A stretch of DNA of 63,119 nt, the filler included, from an uncultured Ignavibacteriales bacterium (GTDB lineage Bacteria > Zixibacteria > MSB-5A5 > GN15 > JAAZOE01): the NCBI GenBank assembly GCA_964611355.1. It is 4 parts of 4 records of this genome, joined end to end, with 100 filler letters (N's around TTAATTAATTAA, not from the genome) between each part and the next. Parts side by side here need not be neighbours in the genome. Positions count along the whole stretch, not along the records: positions 35,697 to 52,791 come from CAZSYD010000050.1; 3 more parts are not named here. The stretch is one strand, 5' to 3'. The notes beneath the pieces are model-generated. The model searched no databases and was not told the origin of the DNA. It was given only the letters and a program-made list of their open reading frames with translations. Each line of letters begins with the position of its first letter. The first letter of the stretch is position 1. Position numbers and translations under genes: made by a program. Shown here piece after piece: positions 41,610 to 50,656 of the stretch.

Positions 41610-41778
41610 TTCATCTCTCCTCTGAAAAGCAACACTTAAAACCTGTTTGAACCAAACGCAAGTTGAATTTGTTTTTTCCCATCTGGCTGAATCTGTCTAT
41701 ATCCGTTTTATTCCTTATGTTTATATTTTGTCTCTATAGAAAGCCGTTTTATCGATTTATCGACCGGCCGGTCAAATC

Positions 41779-42330
41779 CTATACCCTGGCCGGAGTAATC
41801 CTTTTCTGAGCCTGGTATTTACCTTTTTTATCGGCGTACGAGACTTCGCAAACCTGATCCGCCTCCAGAAAAATCAACTGGGCAATCCCCTCGTTGGCGT
41901 AAACCCGAACCGGTAGAGGAGCCGTGTTGGATAATTCCATAGTCGCGAATCCTTCCCATTCCGGCTCAAACGGAGTTACGTTGACGATCAGACCGCACCT
42001 TGCATAAGTTGACTTCCCCACGCAAAGAGTAATAGTGTTGCGCGGAATCTTGAAATATTCCACCGTCCGGCCCAGCGCTATTGAGTGAGGGGGTATCAGA
42101 ACCGATGTCGCCCTGACGGTTGTAAAGGCCTTATTGTTGAAGTCTTTCGGATCGATAATTTGTGAATTGATACCGGTAAGAATTTTGAACTCATTGGCAA
42201 TCCTGATATCGTATCCGTACGATGACAGACCGTAAGATATCCCTTTTCTTACCTGCTTTGGAGAAAACGGCCGGATCATGTCGTGCTTTCCGGCCATCCT
42301 CTTGATCCATGTATCGGATTTGATCGCCAT
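41779..42330 (-). CDS. dcd: dCTP deaminase
   Basis: [32 protein letters not shown]. Confidence 0.93.
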   Translation of the reverse strand: MAIKSDTWIKRMAGKHDMIRPFSPKQVRKGISYGLSSYGYDIRIANEFKILTGINSQIIDPKDFNNKAFTTVRATSVLIPPHSIALGRTVEYFKIPRNTITLCVGKSTYARCGLIVNVTPFEPEWEGFATMELSNTAPLPVRVYANEGIAQLIFLEADQVCEVSYADKKGKYQAQKRITPARV

Positions 42331-42409
42331 CAGCGGTATCTCCGGATTAGTGTCGATGAACTGTAATTACGGCAACAAATAAAAATTGTACGACAAAACC
42401 TGCTAAATG

Positions 42410-42838
42410 TCAAACGCTCCCGGCCATTTCGGTTTCTTTTTCCCAGCGCAACAGATCGGCCAGAGTATGGCTGTCGAAGACATCTATCAGGGCATCCTGC
42501 GCTTTTGTCAGGAGCATCTTTATAGACCAGCCTCTTTTTTCGCATATTCCCCCGGTGTTCAGGCACTTGGCGATAAGATAAGGTCCCTGGATGCTTTCCA
42601 GTATTTCCCGTATGCTTATCTGATCGGCCGGTCGCCCCAGTGCAAAGCCGCCATTAACGCCTCGGTGAGAACGAACCAACCCCGATTTGGAAAGCGATTG
42701 AAAGATCTTCGCTAGGAACTTTTCCGGGACATCCTGAGATTCGGATATTTCAGATAATGGAGTTATTCTTCCGAGTGGTTGATCCGCAAGGTATAAAACG
42801 CCGAAGATTCCGTATGCTTCCGCCCTGGTAAACTGCAT
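42410..42838 (-). CDS. Rrf2 family transcriptional regulator
   Basis: wHTH, SHRGVNGGFAL, I.IREILESIQG; promoter TTGACT-17-TATCAT at 42917-42889. Confidence 0.88.
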   Translation of the reverse strand: MQFTRAEAYGIFGVLYLADQPLGRITPLSEISESQDVPEKFLAKIFQSLSKSGLVRSHRGVNGGFALGRPADQISIREILESIQGPYLIAKCLNTGGICEKRGWSIKMLLTKAQDALIDVFDSHTLADLLRWEKETEMAGSV

Positions 42839-43101
42839 AGCTCACCTGCTATATTATCCCAATGATTGGATATGTTCGGTCTGTCGAAATGATAACGCAG
42901 TTAGCCTGTCAAGTCAACCCAATTTGTTCTTTTTTTCACTAATTCGCGCCGTAAAAACTGTCCTAAAAGCATCTCGAAAGCCCCGTAATATCATAAACAA
43001 CAACTGCTAACCGGCCTGTATCAGGGTTGTGTAAGGCATGCTGTCTTTGGCCGTTTTACCATATACTTGACTTAAAGTCGGGATTCGGTATATTAGCGCC
43101 G

Positions 43102-45843
43102 GTGAAAGATAAGACTAAAATCGTTGAGTATTTCGGTTCATCCCGCCTGGCTTCTGCCGTGTCTCGTGAAGCATACGCTTCAGACGGTTCAATATACAGG
43201 ATAAAGCCCGAAAAAGTAATCTGCCCCAAAACCGAGACAGAAGCGGTGGCCGCTGTAAATGAAGCCTTTTTGTTAAATAAGCCGGTAACTCCCAGGGGCG
43301 CCGGAACCGGTCTGGCCGGAGGTGCGCTGGGTAAAGGTTATATTATTGATTGTTCCCGCCTGACTGAAGTCAAGAAAATATCGGAAGGTGAAAGGACGGT
43401 TATATGCGAGTCAGGCATAATATATAACGATCTGAATATAGCTCTCAAACCGTTCGGTCTTTTTTTTCCGCCTAACCCGTCATCCGGCGACAGTTGCCAG
43501 ATCGGCGGCATGCTGGCCAATAATGCATCCGGATTGAGATCGATCAAGTACGGATTAACTTCGGACTACGTTGAAGAGTTGACGATAATCGGCAGGGAGG
43601 GGCAGCCTCTAACGGTTAGGAAATATCAACTCGCAAGCTACGAACTCAAATCTTTTCTTTCAGCATACCCGGAATACGGGCGGATATTAAGTCTTCTCCG
43701 GGATAACCGCGAACTGATTATAAACCGCTGGCCGAAACTCAAGAAAAATTCCTCGGGATATAATTTGCGCCAGGTTGTGCGTGAACTGGATAAAGGCATC
43801 TTTAATTTGCCTGCTCTTTACGTCGGTTCTCAGGGAACGCTGGGGCTTTTTCTATCGGTTAAGCTGCGTCTTCTTCCTTTACCGGAAGGCGAACGGGCCT
43901 TATTCAGGCTCTTTTTCGATTGCCTTGAGGATGCCGGGCGCGCGGTGGCGCCGCTTATGGAAACCGGACCGGCGGCTCTCGAAATAATCGACGGCGTCAC
44001 CCTTGACCTGATCGGCCGCGATGAGTATTCCATTCCGCCTAAGGTGGAGGCGATGTTGCTTTTGGAATACGATGACAGCCTGAAACGACGCCGGCAATAT
44101 TTGGGCAACTTGGCCGGAAAGCTAAAGCTGGCCGTCCCGCCCGAAGAAGCGGCTGACGAACAGGAGCGTGAATCGCTCTGGGCGGCGCGGCGGGCAATTG
44201 TGCCGATGCTTTACCGGTATCATCCGACCCGGCGTCCTTTTCCCGTGATCGAAGATGTATCGCTTCCGGTGCCGAAGCTTACCGAATTTATTGCCTGGAT
44301 AAAACAGCGGCTGGCCAAAGAGAATCTGATTTTCGGGCTTTACGGGCATGTCGGCGACGGTAATCTTCATATTCGGCCCCTTTTTGATATCAGCAAGGGG
44401 AAGGGATTTGAGCTGGCGCAAACCATTTATGATGAGGTTTACGACAAGATTTTTGAACTGGGCGGATCGAGCACCGCCGAACATGCCGACGGCCGTTTGC
44501 GGGCGCCGGTTGTGCGCCGGATGTACGGCGATGAAATATACCGGTTATTCTTGCGCGTCAAATCAATCCTCGATCCGGATAATCGCTTCAACCCCGATGT
44601 CCTGCTATCCGGGCGCAAGCTCACCGACGATATTGATTTCAAAAAACTGGAGTTGACTTGCGCCGCCTGCGGGAAATGCAACGGGTATTGTCCGGCGTTT
44701 GAAGTCTTTCGACGTGAAGATATGTCGCCGCGCGGCTGGCTGCGAATGCTGCATCAGGGAAATGCCGATAGGGCTGAATTTGACGCTTTCTCTAAGTATT
44801 GTCTCAATTGCAAAAGCTGTACCACCGTTTGCCCAGCCGGGGTTGACATTTCAGGCGAAATCCTCAAATTCAGGGCGACTCACCCGAACAAAATCGCCGG
44901 ACGGGTTATTTCACTTTTCGACCGGCCAGGGCTTTTCTCCGGGCTTCTCAAGGCAGGGGCGATTTCTTACCCGCTGTCACGGACAACCCCGGGACGCAAA
45001 CTTACCGCTTTGGCCGGACACAGACGGTTCGGCCTGGATGATAAGGCGGTATTTCCCCGACCGGCGGGGAAGACGCTTCGCAAAAGGTACCCTGAGCTTT
45101 GCCGCGAAACCGGAGCTGTAGCCTTTTTTCACGGATGCGCCGATAATTATTTCGTGTCCGGCGCGGGCGATGCCCTGATAAAGGTAGCGCAGTATTATGG
45201 ATGGGATCTGGCCATGCCGCCACAGAAATGCTGCGGCCTGCCGATGGAAGTCTATGGGCACCGCCAAAACCTGATCGACAAGGCAAAATACAATATCGAC
45301 GCTCTTGGGAAATTCGAAGCGGTCGTTTTTACCTGCGCTTCCTGTCTGCACCGGATAGCCGAATATCATGAACTGTTCGAGGAAGGCTCAACCTATCATC
45401 GCAAAGCTTTGGAATTAAAGGATAGGGTTTTCGACATCAGCCAGTATCTTCTGACTCAGGACGTTGAAATGCCGCGAAACGGATCGCACGGGGAAATCAG
45501 GCTTTCTTATCACCATCCGTGCCATCTTCGCGCCTGCGGGTTGGAAAATGAGCCGCTTCGGATGCTTTCTCAATTGGAGGGAATTGAAATCCTGCATCCG
45601 GAACTGGCCGACCGCTGTTGCGGTCAGGCCGGATCGTTCGGCTATATACATTACAAGGAAGGTATGGCGATCTTTGCGCCGAAAAAGAAGGAGTATCAAC
45701 AGATGCAAGTCAAGACTATCGTCAGCAGTTGTCCGGCCTGCATCAGCAAAATACAAAAAGAGATGGGCGATGACGTTCGCGTCTGCCATCCAATCGAGAT
45801 AGTAGCCGATTTGATTGAAGGAAAACCGATCAATGGAAAATGA
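43102..45843 (+). CDS. FAD-binding and Fe-S/CCG-domain oxidoreductase (GlcD/GlcF-type fusion; D-lactate/glycolate dehydrogenase-like)
   Basis: RGAGTGLAGG, IGGMLANNASG, GHVGDGNLH, AEHADG, CAACGKC..CP, CLNCKSC..CP, CCG motifs. Confidence 0.85.
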   Translation: MKDKTKIVEYFGSSRLASAVSREAYASDGSIYRIKPEKVICPKTETEAVAAVNEAFLLNKPVTPRGAGTGLAGGALGKGYIIDCSRLTEVKKISEGERTVICESGIIYNDLNIALKPFGLFFPPNPSSGDSCQIGGMLANNASGLRSIKYGLTSDYVEELTIIGREGQPLTVRKYQLASYELKSFLSAYPEYGRILSLLRDNRELIINRWPKLKKNSSGYNLRQVVRELDKGIFNLPALYVGSQGTLGLFLSVKLRLLPLPEGERALFRLFFDCLEDAGRAVAPLMETGPAALEIIDGVTLDLIGRDEYSIPPKVEAMLLLEYDDSLKRRRQYLGNLAGKLKLAVPPEEAADEQERESLWAARRAIVPMLYRYHPTRRPFPVIEDVSLPVPKLTEFIAWIKQRLAKENLIFGLYGHVGDGNLHIRPLFDISKGKGFELAQTIYDEVYDKIFELGGSSTAEHADGRLRAPVVRRMYGDEIYRLFLRVKSILDPDNRFNPDVLLSGRKLTDDIDFKKLELTCAACGKCNGYCPAFEVFRREDMSPRGWLRMLHQGNADRAEFDAFSKYCLNCKSCTTVCPAGVDISGEILKFRATHPNKIAGRVISLFDRPGLFSGLLKAGAISYPLSRTTPGRKLTALAGHRRFGLDDKAVFPRPAGKTLRKRYPELCRETGAVAFFHGCADNYFVSGAGDALIKVAQYYGWDLAMPPQKCCGLPMEVYGHRQNLIDKAKYNIDALGKFEAVVFTCASCLHRIAEYHELFEEGSTYHRKALELKDRVFDISQYLLTQDVEMPRNGSHGEIRLSYHHPCHLRACGLENEPLRMLSQLEGIEILHPELADRCCGQAGSFGYIHYKEGMAIFAPKKKEYQQMQVKTIVSSCPACISKIQKEMGDDVRVCHPIEIVADLIEGKPINGK

Positions 45844-46378
45844 TGATAAAAATCAAGGACTGGTAATAGTCTATACCGGTGACGGCAAAGGCAAAACCAC
45901 GGCCGCTCTCGGTCTTTGTGTGCGCGCGGTCGGGCACGGTAACAAAATCCGCATAATCCAGTTTATCAAGAGTAACTGGCCGTATGGCGAACTGGATGGA
46001 TTGAAACAGCTAACTCCGGAAGTCGAAATAGATGTTATGGGAGACGGCTACGTTGGTATTATGGGTGATGACAAACCGATTGAGGAGCACCGGGAGACGG
46101 CCCGGCGGGCTTTCGATATGGCAAGAGAGGCGGTTAAATCGGGCCGTTATGATATAGTTATTCTGGACGAAATCAATATCGTCACCAGTTTGAAATTGAT
46201 ACCGGTTGAAGACCTGTTGACTTTGATTTCGGAGAAACCGAAAGAACTTGACCTTGTGCTCACCGGCCGGAGCGCCGACCAAAAAATAATCGATGCGGCC
46301 GACCTCGTCACCGAGATGAAAGAGATCAAGCACCCGTTTCGAAAAGGAAAACTGGCCAAAAAGGGGATCGACTTTTAG
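45833..46378 (+). CDS. cobO: Cob(I)yrinic acid a,c-diamide adenosyltransferase
   Basis: YTGDGKGKTTAALG, QFIK, ILDEI, LTGR, KHPF..G..AKKGIDF. Confidence 0.92.
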   Translation: MENDDKNQGLVIVYTGDGKGKTTAALGLCVRAVGHGNKIRIIQFIKSNWPYGELDGLKQLTPEVEIDVMGDGYVGIMGDDKPIEEHRETARRAFDMAREAVKSGRYDIVILDEINIVTSLKLIPVEDLLTLISEKPKELDLVLTGRSADQKIIDAADLVTEMKEIKHPFRKGKLAKKGIDF

Positions 46379-47313
46379 TGCCTGAGCCGGAAGAAGTCAA
46401 TGAAGGCAGCGACGAGGGTGCTCTTCATGTCGCTGTCCTGGGGGGGAGCGGCTTTATCGGTACGTATCTGGTTCTTGATCTTCTCCGGATGGGACATCGA
46501 ATAAATCTGCTGGTTAATAAAACCGACCCTGGCTTCGCTTCCCCGCGAGGCACGATAAGGATTTTTAACGGCTCAATTGAAAATGACATCACTCTGGCCG
46601 AATGTTTAGATGGCTGCAAGGTAGTCTATCATCTGGTTGGACTGATAGCGGAAACCCGAGATAAAACGTTCCGGAAAACCGTTGCCGAAGGAACCGCCAA
46701 GGTGGTCGCAGTGGCGAAGTCCAAAGGCGTGGAAAAGATTATCTACCTGTCTGCTCTGGGGACCAAAGAAAACGCCGAATCGTTATATCATCAAACCAAG
46801 TACGAAGCGGAACGGCATGTAATAAACTCCGGTCTCGATTATACTATTTTTCGCCCCTCGGTGGTTTATGGCGCGCAGGATAAGTTTATCAACAGAATCG
46901 CGCGAATGATTCGCCTGTCGCCGCTGGTTCCGGTCATCGGCGACGGGCTTTACAAGCTGCAACCGGTCTATGTCGAGGAATTGTGCGCTATTATTGCTAT
47001 AACTCCGCAAAAAAGTTTTGCCTCCCGCAGGATATATGATATCGGCGGCCCTCAGCAGTTGACTTATCTGGAAATTGTCGATATTGTCAAACAGCTACTT
47101 GGGCGCAGAAGAGGGAAGGTTCATGTTCCCTTGTGGGTAGCGCGCAGCGCAGCGGCGATAATGGAAAAACTTTTCCAACCGGCTCCGCTGACGGCTGACC
47201 AGTTGAAGATGATGCGGGCCGGCTCCACCTGCGATCATACCATAGTGGAGAAGGAGTTTGGAGTAAGATTCTCGCCCCTTGAAATGCAACTGCAGAAATA
47301 TCTGAGGAAATAA
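46378..47313 (+). CDS. NAD-dependent epimerase/dehydratase (NDUFA9-like atypical SDR)
   Basis: GGSGFIG, SALG, YHQTK, RPSVVYG, LQPVYV. Confidence 0.85.
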   Translation: MPEPEEVNEGSDEGALHVAVLGGSGFIGTYLVLDLLRMGHRINLLVNKTDPGFASPRGTIRIFNGSIENDITLAECLDGCKVVYHLVGLIAETRDKTFRKTVAEGTAKVVAVAKSKGVEKIIYLSALGTKENAESLYHQTKYEAERHVINSGLDYTIFRPSVVYGAQDKFINRIARMIRLSPLVPVIGDGLYKLQPVYVEELCAIIAITPQKSFASRRIYDIGGPQQLTYLEIVDIVKQLLGRRRGKVHVPLWVARSAAAIMEKLFQPAPLTADQLKMMRAGSTCDHTIVEKEFGVRFSPLEMQLQKYLRK

Positions 47314-47314
47314 A

Positions 47315-48253
47315 ATGGAAAAGGAATTTGATATTGTCATAGTCGGCGGGGGCCCCGGCGGTCTGACGGCCGGCCTGTACGGTGCCCGCGCCAACCTGAG
47401 AACGGTTGTTGTTGAAAAATACCTGCCCGGCGGGCAGATCGCCAATACCGAGGATGTCGAGGATTACCCCGGTTTCGAGCGTATTTCCGGCGCTGAACTG
47501 GCCATGAAAATGGCCGAACATGCCAAAAAATTCGGACTCGAAATAATATCGGATGAAGTTATCGAGGTCAGGTCCGAGGGCGATTATCGTAAGGTGGCTG
47601 TTGGCGCAGGAGGCGACGTTTATATCGGCAAGGCGATGGTGTTTTGTACCGGAGGCTCGCCGGTGTTGCTGAACGCCCCCGGCGAAAAGGAGTTTACCGG
47701 AAAAGGGGTCTCATATTGCGCAATTTGCGACGGAGCCTTTTTCAAGAATCAGGTTATTAGCGTCGTTGGCGGCGGTGACGCCGCTGTGGAAGAAGCCATA
47801 TTTCTTACCAAATTCGGCTCGAAAGTAATTATAATCCATCGACGGGATAAACTGCGCGCTCAAAAGATTATTCAGGAACGAGCTTTCAGAAATCCGAAAA
47901 TCGAATTTGTCTGGGATACGATCGTCGAAAAAATCAACGGCGATTCCAGGGTCAGATATTTGAGCCTTAAAAATGTAAAGACTGGAGAAAAATCGGAACT
48001 CGACGTTGGAGCGGTCTTCGTTTTTATCGGTTTTCGCCCCAACACTCATATTTTGCCTTATGGTATTGAAATGAACGAAAGCGGCTATCTACTTACAAAC
48101 TATAAGATGGAGACGTCGATTTCGGGCATTTATGCCTGCGGCGACATCCGTGATCAATTAGTCCGGCAAATTACCAACGCCGTCGGGGACGGTACCACGG
48201 CCGCCATGGCCGCAGTATATCGAATCGAGGAGATGGAGGATAAGATCATATAA
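47315..48253 (+). CDS. trxB: Thioredoxin-disulfide reductase
   Basis: GGGPGG, CAICDG, GGGDAAVEEA, HRR, GIYACGD. Confidence 0.94.
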   Translation: MEKEFDIVIVGGGPGGLTAGLYGARANLRTVVVEKYLPGGQIANTEDVEDYPGFERISGAELAMKMAEHAKKFGLEIISDEVIEVRSEGDYRKVAVGAGGDVYIGKAMVFCTGGSPVLLNAPGEKEFTGKGVSYCAICDGAFFKNQVISVVGGGDAAVEEAIFLTKFGSKVIIIHRRDKLRAQKIIQERAFRNPKIEFVWDTIVEKINGDSRVRYLSLKNVKTGEKSELDVGAVFVFIGFRPNTHILPYGIEMNESGYLLTNYKMETSISGIYACGDIRDQLVRQITNAVGDGTTAAMAAVYRIEEMEDKII

Positions 48254-48477
48254 TCTTAACCATTGAAGTCTGCTATTTTTCCACAGCCGAATATGCATAA
48301 ATATACATAATATTGTCATATTATTGCAGCCTTACGGATTTCAGTCAAATCGACCAATTTATGACGTTTTTGGTTATATAAAGATGATTCTGAGATATTA
48401 GACTTTCCGTGTTGAAAATCAATGGCTTATACCGATAGCTAAATTTCGGAGAATAAGCGATTCGGTTATTAGACTTA

Positions 48478-48494
48478 ACGGCCTATATTTTGCA
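48478..48494 (+). promoter_or_regulatory. Putative sigma54 (-24/-12) promoter
   Basis: aCGGCctatatTTTGCA: GG-N10-GC spacing; TGC/TGT..ACA/GCA dyads upstream at about 48294-48329. Confidence 0.45.
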
Positions 48495-48504
48495 ATTCGG
48501 ATAT

Positions 48505-48620
48505 TTAGAACTTGTAAGCATTACGCTCGCTGAATATGGGAGTGGTGTGCCATTAATGCACCAAGATATGCATTAACTTGGCTTTCCCCCCCTCCACCAC
48601 TCCCATCTTTATATTCGCGT
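48505..48620 (+). ncRNA. Candidate structured RNA or leader with C-rich unpaired tract
   Basis: 12-bp stem atgggagtggtg/caccactcccat enclosing a ttaatgca/tgcattaa hairpin and TTTCCCCCCCTC. Confidence 0.4.
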
Positions 48621-48689
48621 TTAGTCAAATAGCGTCTCTGCCGATACCATAAAGGATAGGTTTGATATTACCCGTAAGGATGGTATATA

Positions 48690-50624
48690 GTGAAGCCCCC
48701 TGGTATATTTTATCGTATATCATTTCTGGTTATATTGAATTCTCTCTTTATTTTTACCGCCGTTACTCTGGTCAGCATGGATAATAACAGGGCAAGAATC
48801 GACCGGTTGATCGAATACCGTTTTGATTTTATTAGCCGGTATTTCCATACTGAACTGGAAGATATCAGGGGCGCGCAGGCGATAGGGGAGACCACCGTAA
48901 TAAATAGTGAAAAATTCGACGATTTATTTAATCGTTCATGCAGGTTCATGAAGGGTCTGGCCGGTCTTTCCCTGCTGGTTTCCTCCGACAACCCGCGGAC
49001 GTACCATATCAGGGATATTTCGTATCGCCGTTCAATGGACGAAATTATTCCCGGGGAGCAGGCGCGAATAGTCGCCGAAGCCGATCGAGAAATCATTCAA
49101 TCCCGCGGAATCCAGATCGGCGATAAGGTCGACGGCGAGGTCGGTGAATTAAAAACCATTTATATCCCGTGGGAGACCGACAACCCGGAAAATGTATTGG
49201 CGATTACCTTCCTTCCCGGTGAGATCACAGGCGGTGACTACCAGTATAATTATACTCTTATCCTTCTGTTTCTTATTATCACATTGATAACCCTCTTGAT
49301 TATAAATTTCTTGTTTCGAAAATTCATCAAGCCGTTGAAGCACCTCATAAGAGGTATGGAAAGGACGGCGGAAGGAAAGGTCTCTTACAAAATCGAGGGC
49401 GTTCCCGGCAATGAAATCGGCCGGGTAGCGAACGCCTTCAATTCCATGATTGACGCTCTGTGGACAAAGCGGAAAGAGCTGACCAGAACACTCGATCAAC
49501 TATCGTACGCAAATAAATCGCTGGCTGAGTCGGAAGCCTTTCTTTCCGAACTGGTAAAGGAATCTCCTTTTGCCATAATCGTCACCGATCCTGATCATAG
49601 GATACTGATATTCAGCAAAGCGGCCGCGCTGATATTCGATATAAAGCAGGATGAGGCTCTTGGTGGAGATTTTCTGCGTTTTTTCCCATTTACACCGGAG
49701 AAGGTTTATCCGTGCGACGAAGAGAGCAACAAAACTACTGAGGATGAAATGATCTGCGCCAAGAGTAATGGCGACAGCTTTCCGGCCTTGGTATGCCGGG
49801 TGCCGATTCGAGATGAATCGTCGGCGGTCCGGGCATGCCTGTTCATTATCCGCGATATATCGGAATCAAAAGGCTTTCAGGAAATGATGATATCCATTGA
49901 CCGGATGGCCACCCGGGGCGTTATGGCTGGTGAGATAGCTCACGAGATCAATAATTATCTGGCGGTCATACTCGGCAATGTGGAGCTTCTGCCGCTTTTT
50001 CTGGCGCGGGGCGATATGGACAAGGTGGAAAAAAAGCTTGATGTTTTGAAAAACTCGGTAGCCAGGATACAACGTTTCTCCGAAGGATTGGCCGGAGACA
50101 TAAATGAAGAGGCGGTCATCGAGCCGGCGGATCTGAATCAATTAATTGAAAACCTGGTGGCCTTTCTCAAACCCCAGAACTATTATGACGGTATCCGGTT
50201 CAGGCTTGAACTCTCTCAAAAACTTCCGCTGGTGCATATCGACAGGGGTCAGGTACAGCAGATGTTGACCAATCTTCTCAGCAATGCCGCCGGCGCCCTG
50301 CAGGAGAAGCCGGATAGTAAAGAAATCTGCGTTTCGACCGGCGTTGGCGACAACGGTGAGATTGTTCGTATCACGGTTGGCGATAATGCCGGCGGTTTGC
50401 CTGAGGACCTTGAAAAGGTGATTTTCAATCAGCGGTATACCGGCAAACGCCGCGGCCGCGGGTTCGGTCTGATGATTGTCAAGCGGATTGTTGATCGGCA
50501 CGGGGGCGGTATCGAATATGAATCCCGACCCGGAGACGGAACTACCTTTACCATAAAACTTCCCGTCAAATCCAAAACGCCCGCCGAAGAGACGGCTGCA
50601 TCCCCCAGTCAAGTTAATTCTTGA
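48690..50624 (+). CDS. Membrane sensor histidine kinase (HAMP plus PAS)
   Basis: Two TMs, HAMP (NEIGRVANAFNSM), PAS, AHEINN, NLLSNA, GFGL. Confidence 0.88.
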   Translation: MKPPGIFYRISFLVILNSLFIFTAVTLVSMDNNRARIDRLIEYRFDFISRYFHTELEDIRGAQAIGETTVINSEKFDDLFNRSCRFMKGLAGLSLLVSSDNPRTYHIRDISYRRSMDEIIPGEQARIVAEADREIIQSRGIQIGDKVDGEVGELKTIYIPWETDNPENVLAITFLPGEITGGDYQYNYTLILLFLIITLITLLIINFLFRKFIKPLKHLIRGMERTAEGKVSYKIEGVPGNEIGRVANAFNSMIDALWTKRKELTRTLDQLSYANKSLAESEAFLSELVKESPFAIIVTDPDHRILIFSKAAALIFDIKQDEALGGDFLRFFPFTPEKVYPCDEESNKTTEDEMICAKSNGDSFPALVCRVPIRDESSAVRACLFIIRDISESKGFQEMMISIDRMATRGVMAGEIAHEINNYLAVILGNVELLPLFLARGDMDKVEKKLDVLKNSVARIQRFSEGLAGDINEEAVIEPADLNQLIENLVAFLKPQNYYDGIRFRLELSQKLPLVHIDRGQVQQMLTNLLSNAAGALQEKPDSKEICVSTGVGDNGEIVRITVGDNAGGLPEDLEKVIFNQRYTGKRRGRGFGLMIVKRIVDRHGGGIEYESRPGDGTTFTIKLPVKSKTPAEETAASPSQVNS

Positions 50625-50656
50625 CAGGCGTGGCATTATCAACCTACTTATATGCG

